DNA of 64,000 nucleotides from assembly GCA_022813865.1 (NCBI GenBank), contig JALDZX010000041.1:1-64000 (forward strand). The letters run 5' to 3'. The position numbers were made by a program, and so were the translations under genes. Below the pieces are notes generated by a model that searched no databases, was not told the origin of the DNA, and worked only from the letters and a program-made list of their open reading frames with translations. Shown piece by piece: positions 44,616 through 55,500 of the stretch. Source of the DNA: Xylographa opegraphella. Taxonomy: Eukaryota. Numbering within the stretch: the first letter of the stretch is position 1; each line of letters starts with the position of its first letter.

Positions 44616-47600
44616 ATGGCTCTAGGTGTCAATGGGGAGGAGAGGTGCAATGACCCAGTCGGGCCTTTTCGGAGAGCACAGGTCATCGACGATATGGTTG
44701 CGCGAAGTGATGACAATGAGGAAGAGGAAGGGGAGGATGATGAGGAGGACGACGAACCAAGACTGAAATATGCCTCGTTAACGAAGAGCCAAGGTCCGAT
44801 TTATCGAAATGGAGATGCTACGAGTGCTTTCCTGGTTGCAGGAGACAAGATGGTATGCTGCTTGCCCCGACAGGATGTACATCACTGCAGAAGAAATTCA
44901 TCTGATCAAAGTTCATAGATTATAGGGACTCACAATGGCAACATAGTATATGCATATTCAATCTGGTCTATGAATTAATCTGATCTGGTATAGCATGTGC
45001 TCCTGCTGCCTTCATTTCAGTCCCTTCGATCTTACCGGCCCCACTCGGCATCCATAACTGAGGTCTCGATATCGCCATTCCCACCACCTTTACCAGCCGT
45101 GAAATCAGAGGTATTGAACAGAGCATCAGTAGAACCTCGAAATCTCCCTGTACGCACGCCGACATCGCAAGATACAGCTTCACCGTCAGCCAAAAGTCCC
45201 AGGCAATCATCAGTTCCAGCGACGTCTTCCAACTCCATACATATCGCAACCTCATCGATAGACGGAAATGTGTGCATATCTTCCTTGGTTGATTCGAGGG
45301 ACGTCCTGCTGCGGAATTTTGGTCGACCGGTACAAACCGTTGCCATTTCGCCTGAATATAAGAATGATCGATCATATATCTCTGGAGGTCTTGCTGGAAA
45401 CCTAGTGTTGACTACAGGAGGTCGTCCTGGAACAAGTTCAACCTCGAATACTACTGGAGGCGCTGCTGCCACCGCTTCGGGCTGGCTTGGGACAATTGGT
45501 TTAGGTACAAATAATGGGAATGATACTGTGCTGCATTCTGGCGAAGGAAGCATCAGTGCCATAAAATGGTCTTTAAGTGGGAGATACATTGTATGGGTCA
45601 ACGAGCAAGGTATCAAGATAATGCGATCCAACCTCCACTTAGAGAATTCTGAGATCGACTTCGCTTGGAAGCGCATCAGTCACATTGACCGACCAAGTTT
45701 ACCTGGTTGGGAGGAGATGGCTGGGCTTTGGAAAGCGCGTCTAGAGTGGATAGATGAGGACGGCTTGGAAATGGATGATGAAGACATGCCCGTATTCGAC
45801 GCTTCTGATGTCAGGAATGGTGTTGCCGCATCGACAGCCTCGGGCGAGGCTCAATCGATCAGACAAACTGCAGACACCAAGCGCGCCGAGAAATTGATTG
45901 TGGGTTGGGGAGGAACAATTTGGATCATCAACGTTCAACCGGGAGGAGCGGGCGTCGGGAAGGGTACTAGTGAGCGCAAGATAGGTCTGGTAGAGGTTGT
46001 GACCATGTAAAACTCCTACAATCAATACCTCTCTCATTTCGCTGACTGTGGGCAGATTACGGACGGACTGCATTATATCTGGTGTTTCGCTTTATACCCC
46101 TAAATTGCTTCTTGTACTTGCATACCTTACGCCTGAGGAACAGCAAAACCCCAGGGAATCTAAATCCCAGCAAGGCACCCCAAGACGCGGAGTTCATCGA
46201 CGGCAAAACGCGTTGCAGCCTGAAATGAGGATTATCGATATCGCTACGAAGGAGGAAGTCTGTGTCGCGGATACGCTGCAGGTCAGCAGATTTCAGAGCT
46301 TGTCAGCCACGGATTACCATCTGGGAGTGCTACCTCTTGTCAAAACCACTACGAAAGTCATTACCCAAAGAGGGGCGTTGGAAGTCATTGGTGGTATTGG
46401 TGGGGGCTTGTGGGATGTAACAAGAGACGCAACGATGTATCCGACACGGCTATTTAGCTCTGCTGCCAGCGTTCGTAGCAGTGGGAGCAATAGCGATCTG
46501 CAGAGTGGAAAGTCTACCACTGGGATGACGACAGATTTCAACGTAGCCACATTCAGAGGCCAAGGAGCTCACCCAGACATCATGACGAGGGGAATGAAGA
46601 TTTTTATACAGAGTCCCTACGATTGTGTGTTGGCTACCAGACCAACAATCGCCGATCACTTATCATGGCTAGAAGTTCATAAGAAATACGAGGAGGCTTG
46701 GAACCTTATTGACGCCCACCCCGAAGCTGTTAGTCTTTTACCTGAAAAGACCACAGATAGTTCCCCTGGAACACCCACAAAAGTGCAAGCAAGCTTGGTT
46801 GATTTTTTTGCAGATGATAGCTCACAAACTAGATCATCGCAGACTCAAAACTCCAATTCTCAAGCAGAAAAGGAAAAACGCCGTCTTGGAGAAAAATGGC
46901 TTGGGCAACTTGTCGAGAATCGTGATTGGACAAGAGCAGGACAAGTCGCAGGACAAATATTAGGAACCTCTTCCAGCTGGGAACACTGGGTTTGGGTTTT
47001 TGCAGAAGCAAATAAATTTCAGGAGATCACTCCTTACATTCCGACTGTGCAGCTGCATCCACCACTCCCGTCATTGGTGTACGAGGTCATATTAGGCCAT
47101 TACATCTCACACGACAGACCACGACTTCGTGAAGTTCTTGAGAGATGGTCTCCTGAACTTTTCGATGTTCATACCATCATAGCTCGCATCGAAGGCAAGC
47201 TGAAAGTCGGTGATGTCCGAGAAGATACCGTCGAGGATGGTGTCACGGGAAGGGATTGGCATATGTTGATGAACAGTTTGGCCAAACTATACTTGGCGGA
47301 TGGACGAGCGAAAGATGCACTTCGATGCTACATAAAAATACACGACGCCGACGCCGCAATGACACTCATCAGTGACTATAGACTGGTGGAGGCGATATCA
47401 GATGACATACCAGGTCTTATTCTGCTGCGTATATCTAAAGAACAACAGAAAAGTGCCCCGCTTACTGAGCTCGAGGAGGCTTCTATCGAGCCTATCCGAC
47501 TTTTGGTGGACGAGGCTCACCACGGTACTGTACGTCCAGATGTGATAATTTCACAGCTTGAGAATCGCCCCGGTATGCTGCCCTACCTCTTCTTCTATCT

Positions 47601-48660
47601 TCGTGCTCTTTGGAACGGCGACACATATAAGGCCCCTACAAGTCCCTCTCCAGAACATCCGTCGCCCAAATCAGTCAATCTTGCAGCTACGGAAGGAAAG
47701 TCCCTGGTCAACGACCACGCCGATCTAGCGGTATCTCTTTTTGCGGAGTACGACCGTGCTCTCTTCTTCACTTTTCTCAAATCCTCTCAGTCATATACCC
47801 TGGAAAAAGCTTCGACCATTTGTGATTCCAGGCAGTATATCCCGGAATTGGTCTATCTCCTCGCCAAAGAAGGCCGCACCAAACAGGCCCTCTCAATCAT
47901 CATCGATAAGATAGCGGATGTCTCTCAGGCCATCGCTTTCGCAAAGGAGCAAGATGATCCTGATCTGTGGGATGACCTCCTCGACTATTCCATGAACAAA
48001 CCGTCCTTTATCCGCGGTCTCCTTGAAGAAGTGGGTACCTCGATCAACCCGATCGCTCTCGTACGCCGCATTCCGGAAGGGCTGGAGATCGAAGGCTTAC
48101 GCCAAGGGCTGAGCCGGATGATCCGGGAATACGAGCTTCAAGACAGTATCTCCGAGGGCGTGGCGCGTGTACTACGGGGCGAGGTTGCCATGGGCATGAA
48201 GACGCTTCGCACTGGGCAGAAGAAAGGCGTCAAATTCGACGTCGTGCATCAGGCAAGACCGGCGAGCCGTCACAGCAATATAAATCATAAACATCCGAAG
48301 GAGAGGCCAAAGGTTATCAAGTCGGGTCATTGCGCTGGATGCGGAGATGCGTTCTTCGAAGACGGTAAGGGTATCATTTTTTCAGATCTTTCTTGAATAC
48401 TGTCTTCCATTGTAGGAACGCTGACGGCTATTGTCACTGCTACAGACAAGCAAACCCTCGTCGGATATCCCTGCGCGCATATCTTTCATCTCTCCTGTTT
48501 GCTTACATACACGACGGAGAATAACCATCTCCCTGACGAAGAAGGAGAGCCGCCTTCGACGGGAGATGGCAGTATAGGTACCAAGATCAGGCATGCATCA
48601 CAACTCAAGAGCAGGATTGGGGGGTGTCCTGTCAATGTACATAAGGAGGATAAAGTTTAG
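44616..48660 (+). CDS. VPS41: HOPS subunit Vps41, multi-exon (alternative start at 44559)
   Basis: EPRLKY..L, IIGTHNGNI, ATSSIDGNVC, FGRPVQTVAISPEY, LHSGEGSISAIKWS, a clathrin-repeat region (LFAEYDR, FAKEQDDPDLWDDLL, RRIPEGLEIEGL), and a C-terminal RING-like C..C...CAHIFHLSC. Confidence 0.95.
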
Positions 48661-48941
48661 TGCATCAGGAGATAGCTGTTTTCCTTGCAGTAGTCAATCC
48701 CGCGTCCTTGTCCGATTGCATTCAATTGTTTTTTCTCTTTTTTTCAAGAAAATCGATTCTTGTGTTGTGGAAATGGAAACATCCCATTTCAACTACCTAC
48801 TACATACAGTCCAGTAATTTCTTGAGCTGATTATTGTCGGTTCTCTCGCTATACACCCGACCCAGTCGGCATGACCAACGCCTTCCCTGCAAACTTCATC
48901 CCCAGATAAGAACAACATTTTCAGCCCGCTAACGCTAATTT

Positions 48942-49807
48942 CTAGAACAACAGTGACTGCATGCCAGATAGGATGAACGCTGTAAGCACAACCGTTAAGG
49001 TGCAAGCTGTGACGACTTGCTTGCCGTCCGATTTGGCGCCTGTGGAGGGTGCTGGGGCAGGTGTGCCCTGTGCAGGAGTATTAGGTACTGGGGAAGAAAT
49101 TATCGTCGATGACATCGTTGAAGTCATCGCGTGTATGGTGGAACGTGTTGCGTTCGAGATAATTACAGGACCAAGAGTAGCCGGAAGAGCTGTGGCTGGA
49201 AGTCGAGTGGAGGACACTTGCACGGAGGCTGTGGCTGAAAATTCGGACGCGAGAGACTGCATGATACTTGAACCAAAGGTGTGGGTACCAGATAAAGGTG
49301 CGGCAGCCGGCTGTGTCGAGGCGGGTCCAGATGGTCCCAAAGAGATTTTTGGTGGGCTTGCTGTCCCTGCAAAGGTGGTTGTGGTAGTGACCGCGGCTGG
49401 AGACCCTGGATTCGTGGGAGTGGTTGTGAGACAGTAGTCTGGGATAGTTGTGATTGTAACCGTGACTGATATGAGGTAAGCATTTGTCTCGGATGACAGT
49501 GGATGATTGACAAGCTGCAGGAAGAAGCCAAACTGGAGTGCTTACCTTGACGTGGAAGGATAGCCGCTACAACGAACATTAGCCACTATGCAGTACTCTC
49601 TTGAGGCAACGTTTGGACAGCCTACCACCAACAACGTGCTCGATACCTCCCTCGACGTTTCGAGCTATCTTACCGATCCCTAGCAGATTGGTCAAAAGCG
49701 GCTCAACGATACGTAGAAAACAAACAGCATGACGGAATGTCCTTACCGGCGATGGAGACATGAGCCGCTCCCAGAAAGACAATTGCAACGAGACGTGGGT
49801 AGTGCAT
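48942..49807 (-). CDS. Secreted Ser/Thr/Pro-rich, probably GPI-anchored protein (~203 aa) with 6-nt and 21-nt micro-exons
   Basis: Exons 49747-49807, 49674-49679, 49546-49566 and 48942-49465 total 612 nt. All three introns start GTAAG, end YAG and are phase 1. The product has a signal peptide, AILPRQ, an S/T-rich body and a hydrophobic C-terminus. Confidence 0.75.
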
Positions 49808-50502
49808 TTTGAGATATGCGAAATTACAGATATTATTTGATGTGTATACAATGGGAAGTGACCAAGCACAGTTAAAAGCAATGCTTTGAATAAGAAACTT
49901 CAGGAAGCCTACAACTGAACGATGCTGGTGAATATAAAGGAAGAAGAAACAAACCGAGAAGAAATCGGGACCTTTATTCCAGATTGTCACGCTAATTTAG
50001 ACTTCCTCAGTACAGGGTAAAGTAGGGAAGCTGCAGGCGGTGAGTACCTTACTCAAGGCTCTTGCCGAATCTAAAGAAGGCACCTGTCTCATATTGAGGT
50101 CCATGCTAATTTCACTGGTACACGGTCACGACCGGTTGCGATACAGCTTAGCAGATGACCGAGAGCTACCACTATTTGTCACACACACGCAATTTGTTCA
50201 TGGACGAACGGCTGTTCATGATGGAAATCAAATGCTTAATAGCGGTACGACCTTCCGCTATCTGCTGCTGGTTCTTCTTTCCCAAGATTCTTTGCCCGAT
50301 TTGGTCTGCCAAGCAGTTAGGGTTAGCGAAGGAAGCTAAGGTCTTATCGCAGCTTCTCGCCTTTCATTCCTCCTCCTTATACTCTCTTTCCAGACTTTGA
50401 CAGGTTTTCTAGACGTTTCCCACCAACGACATTACACTCCTTTCTTGCTTTGTATTTCCTGATTCTTCTCGAACTTCCTGCCAAATCCAGTCTGCTCTTG
50501 AC

Positions 50503-53500
50503 ATGTTTCTCTTCAGTGGTGTAGTGCTTATTGGTCTGACGATTCTGTCGGCTTCGATAGCGTCGTCCTCCGATGGTATGTCTATTGAATCAACGTATTC
50601 TTCTGATTTCCGGTGATGTGGATGCAATACTGTGTGGATGTGGCTTTGATATTGCAATACTGAATTTTTTCAGCAATTCAACTCGACCGACGAAGTGGTG
50701 AAGGTGTGTCTTGCAAAATTTCTCTGCCATTGGTTCACAGTGGACGATGCTGCTGACGTCTACGACCCTTGGTAGACTATACAGCAGTCCCGGCTACCTC
50801 AGAAATGTGGTCACTACCATTCGAGGATCAACCTATGTCAACTGTCCTTTCTACGATAACCTCTACCCAAGCTCAAACTACGACAACGATCCCTCTCAAG
50901 GACCAAGCAAGCGCTACTTCATTGCTTGCTAAAGATGCACCGACTGCATCTGAAGTGTTTTTGTCGGTGACTATACCAGCGAAAGACCAGAATACCACAG
51001 ACACTGTCTCTGTCAAGGACCAGATGAGTCTTACTACTACATCAACAAAAGATGAAACACCCATTTCTCATATTTCAGTGTTCTCGAATATACCTGCAAA
51101 GGACCAGACTATGACTACATCCGTTGCTCAAAAAGACGAACCGAGTACCACTGCTCCACCCGCCAAAGATCAGACAAGTACTTCTCAAATTCCGGTACTT
51201 TCAAGCCTATCTGCAGATGACAAGACTACCTGTTCCACCATACCCAGCAAGGACCAAATCAGTACTTCTACTGTCTCATTCAGGGACGAGACCATGGCTT
51301 CTTCGCTGTTAACATCTAATCTTCCTTCAACAAAATACGAGATTACACTTTCCACTATACCGCTTAAAGACAAAACAAGCACTTCTACTCTTTTTACCAA
51401 AGATGAGACAAAAACAACAGCAGAAATGTCTTCTATAGTGTCCTACCAATACCAGTCTGTATCCACTTCATCGCCTTTCAAGGACCGGAGCATTACATCG
51501 ACTTTACCTGCCAAGGATGAGGCAACAATCACGTCGGAATCCTTGCCTGCTACTCTACCTACCAAGGATCAAATCACTTCTCCTGCTTTAGTTTCTCTCG
51601 ACCGCCCAACAAGCACTTCTAGTACACCTGCTAAAGATAAGACAAAAGCGTTCTCTCTGGCAATCCCGTCAGCCACTATACCAGCAAAGGACAAGCCTAC
51701 TTCCTCTATGATACCTCCCAAGGATCAGCCAAGCTCGCCTTCCATAGCTAGCAAGGATATCAAAGCAAGCATGTTAACCACGACAACCATGTCTTCGACA
51801 TATTCCACCTCATCCACCTCAGCACCCTCGAAAGACCAGGCAAACACTTCCTCTTCTTCATCAAAAGATGAGATCATTTCTTCCTTCGCAAGGACTACGC
51901 CATCATTCAACAACATAACATTATCAGTACCGCCCAAGGACCAAGGAAGCACCATCTGTTCTCAGCCAAGTAAAGACGTGACAGTGACTTCCTCATTGGT
52001 CATAACATCTACTAAAGTACTTTCATTACTTGGGCTTACTAAAGGTATGCAAACGACGATGAGTGCCGAACTCACTAAAGACGAGCCAGCAAGAACGGCG
52101 GCTCTTACGCGCTCAATCACTTCCTACAAGAACATAACATTTACTGCAATCGTCCGGGCTACTGAATCGAGTTCATTTTCCAATTCTGCTCTTCCAGGCA
52201 TAACATTTGGAGAATCCATAACTTTATCGGAAGTGGCTGGAAATAGCACACCCTCAACGATTTACAGCCTATCTACCACAGTCAGTGTCCAATCATCTAC
52301 AACCACAGCAACCGATAGTTTTCAGAAAGCCAAGACACTTACCGTAATTTCCACCAGTCTGCCAGCAAAATACTTCCCAAGTCTCTTGTCACCTTCTAGC
52401 GCTTCATTGCCTGCAAAGGATCAGTTCAGCTCTGCAATATTCACGCCAGCCAATTATCCTGCATCAGCACCAGTCATTACTACAGGAGTGGTACTAACCC
52501 TTCCAACTGTCCCCACAGTTGTAGTCCCACTTGACTATACCCTGGGTCTACTCTCATTATCGAGCACAGGTACACATATTATGGGCACATCACATGAGTT
52601 ACCAACAGAATCCACTATTACAATATCCGCTGTGATTACGTTGGGCCTGTTGCCATTGACTGGCATGAATTATTCCGACACGAGGGAATTACCTACAGTT
52701 TCCTCAATTTCCACAAGTTCTGCATCGGTGGAAACTACCTTAGGCTTAAGCCAAGCATCAAGCGCACGCACGATTACACCTATCATAGTGTTGACGGTCA
52801 AAAAATCCTCTATAGCAGTTACCGCAACCGCACAGTCGCCAAATCAAGTCTCCAATGCAGCTTCTACATCTACAGCGCCAGCCTCAATGAACGGTATTTC
52901 GAGTAGCCTAGCGTCTCCAACAAGGGTGATACTCTTATCAAGGCAGACTCTTCAAGCGTCAAGCTCTGCATCAATTTCTGTTGTCGTGTTAAGTTCCACC
53001 TTAGCACCAAATTCTGTTGTGGCACCAAAGCCAAGCGTTCTAAATTCCATTGAGACATCATCGTCGTCTCTAAGAGCGTTCAATGTCACACAGCCTCAGA
53101 ACTCGGCGATGTCTCTCAGCTTCGTTGCGCCACCCGCACAATCAGTGTCTATGGAACCTTCAAGTGCTATTCTTGCAACTCCGACCACTGTAGAGTCAAA
53201 AGTTGAACTATCCACGATAACAGTAGCAACCGCCAGTGCTTCAATTCCTTTGTACACGCCTGGCCTACTTGGTAACGCTTATGGTGGGGGATACATCACG
53301 ACCCCTTCGTTATACGTTGTAGTTGTGTCTACTCCTTTACCTCGTGTCCCTCCTGGGTATGGATATACCGTCGGCCCCGAAGGTACTACTATCATTCTCA
53401 GCATTTCCGCTTCTTCTCTGTCACTTCAATCTTCAGATGAGACGCCAACAATATCGGCAGCGCCAGAGAGCACCGGCTTGGATGCGTCTGAAATAGAACC

Positions 53501-53651
53501 ATCGTCTGCCACGACTGTGTCTGGGAATGCGTCTTTCCTGGCTTCGTCATACCCTGGCTCGCCTGCAACGTTTCAAGGATCTGCCGGCAGGTGTGGTGTG
53601 GCTTTGTTGGCAGTCCTCTTGGGACTTCTACTTGGGTTGCTGATGCATTGA
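50503..53651 (+). CDS. Large Ser/Thr-rich repetitive cell-surface protein (adhesin/mucin-like), probably GPI-anchored, 3 exons
   Basis: Exon 1 (50503-50575) encodes a signal peptide MFLFSGVVLIGLTILSASIA. A 30-nt exon 2 (50674-50703, AIQLDRRSGE) follows, and exon 3 from 50776 is in frame with the 960-aa ORF. The C-terminus ATFQGSAG plus a hydrophobic tail is GPI-signal-like. Confidence 0.85.
50898..51980 (+). repeat. Degenerate coding tandem repeat: KD[QEK] units spaced 11-11-17 aa (~39 aa / 117 bp higher-order unit)
   Basis: Example run: KDQNTTDTVSV/KDQMSLTTTST/KDETPISHISVFSNIPA/KDQTMTTSVAQ/KDEPSTTAPPA/KDQTSTSQIPVLSSLSA. Confidence 0.8.
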
Positions 53652-54425
53652 AATTATTTTCGGTCGTCTATGTCATTTGCATGCATGTGTCGTGATTTCT
53701 CGATTAGACAGAAAGCTAAATTTTGGGTTGCTTTTCTTCTTTGCTCTCAAAAGCCTATATTACATGGTGGCCATTCGCTTTTCCATGTTCAGCAATATTA
53801 CATATCGAATAGAAGGAATAGCAGCGAGAAGTAGTGTAGTAATGAGCTATCATAGCTTTGTGATCGAAGAAGGAGCAATCTGCTCATATTCGTAATTCTC
53901 ATGAATGAAAATATGACAAGACTGGCGATTTCAAATGAGTCGCTTAGGTTGGAGGCAGTCGAATAGGTCCTATATGATGTCGCCGTTGCTGCACGAGGCT
54001 CACTATCGACGAATTTCTTGCCATGGAAAAAGCACAAAAATCCACCCCAATGGTCCCCCGTCAGGGCTTCCGCCCACAGCTGCATATTATTTCCTTTGTT
54101 CAATAATAATAATGTACATGTTATTCGACCAGCGGACGCTGATTTAGAGTATATTACACGTGAGTCGATTTAAATCTATTTACTCATGCAAAGACGTGAT
54201 TCATGTCAGCCAAATTGCTCATGTCCTGTAAACAAATGATTCATATACGTTCAGTCATGGATTTCCAGCTACTCCCTGCCAGCAATACAATAAGGGACTT
54301 CCATTTCTTCAACTTTCCTTCCTCTCATCACTCCAGTTTCCATCGTATCAACAGAAGGTCTCAAAATAGCCGATACTGCTTAGCTACCAAGCGTATTATC
54401 AAAAATTTTATGGCTCTCATTCACC

Positions 54426-54656
54426 ATGGTTTCTCCATCACATTCACATCAAAGCACCACGGAGGGCACACGGCAAATCACCCTGCATCCTAAATCAACG
54501 TCCAGTGTGGTCAACCTCGGCTTACCAGTTCTCAACGCCAATGACGTCCCTGGCATAATCACCTGTGGATACTGTCCCCGCTGTGGATACCGGTCTGGGA
54601 AAGTCAAATGTATGTATTGTGGCTATCCACTCTGGGAGCCGTACCCGACGCCGTAG
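54426..54656 (+). CDS. Putative 76-aa zinc-ribbon micro-protein
   Basis: Start context TCACC-ATG-G after a pyrimidine-rich leader; C-terminal CPRCG-x7-CMYCGYPL. Confidence 0.4.
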   Translation: MVSPSHSHQSTTEGTRQITLHPKSTSSVVNLGLPVLNANDVPGIITCGYCPRCGYRSGKVKCMYCGYPLWEPYPTP

Positions 54657-55031
54657 TGATTGATAAACAATGTGCCTGAGAATGACGGGCACGCTGATGA
54701 CATGCGGAGAAAGGTTGGGGTTCAAATAGCATGCGTTCGTAGGATTTCGGATTCATTCTCGCTTGCGGTTAGAGAATATTCAATGCCGGGAGGAATATAA
54801 TTCAGCTATAGCTTCAAGGTCAAACATCAGATTGTACCAAATATCAATGCACACGAAATCTTTGTTCACTCTCCCAATACTCGTCTTTCTTCCAATCGTA
54901 CTGCACAGGTTATTATTCCCGTCACAGCTCCGGCCTCTCTGCGCCCTTCCGCTCCGCTCGCCGCTTCTCTTCCGCCGCCACTCTTCGCTGCTATTTCCAT
55001 TCCTCCTCCTGCCTCTTCCACCCCTGTAGCT

Positions 55032-55256
55032 TCAGCAGCTCTCCACGAGGGTTGCTGCGTAATTGTCCTCGTTGAAACCGTGTGACATGGACTGCCCTGG
55101 GCCGAGCGAATTGATCGCCACATGGAAATCCACTCGCATCGTCATCACGCCGTCGAGGAGGCTAACGCCACAGGCGGTGGCATCAGTAAGCGTCTGCTCG
55201 TCCAGTACAAGAAAACCGCTGTCGGCATGCAGTCCATCATCATTAAAAGCGAGCAT
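55032..55256 (-). CDS. Possible small acidic hypothetical protein (~74 aa)
   Basis: ATG-started ORF MLAFNDDGLHADSGFLVLDE... after a C-rich leader. No family recognised. Confidence 0.25.
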   Translation of the reverse strand: MLAFNDDGLHADSGFLVLDEQTLTDATACGVSLLDGVMTMRVDFHVAINSLGPGQSMSHGFNEDNYAATLVESC

Positions 55257-55500
55257 GGCTTCGAAGATGGGCACGAGCTTGGGGACGGCTTTGCGGAGCT
55301 AGGCAGGCGGAGTGGGAGTGGATGTTTGATTTGGAATAAACGCGAAAGCGCCTCGAGCGCGTAACTCTAGGTCGTGATTCTTGTAAATTGTCACTACGTC
55401 CTACATCAATATCTTACGGCAATGATGTCGTAGTGTGCGACAGTGGAGATGAATCCTAAAGCTCAGGTAGTGGATGGGCTCATTCATCTAAGGTATCTCC

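Noticed and set aside
43318..45676. 198-aa (+) and 214-aa (-) ORFs
   Set aside because: They are antisense to the DUF155 gene and VPS41 respectively.
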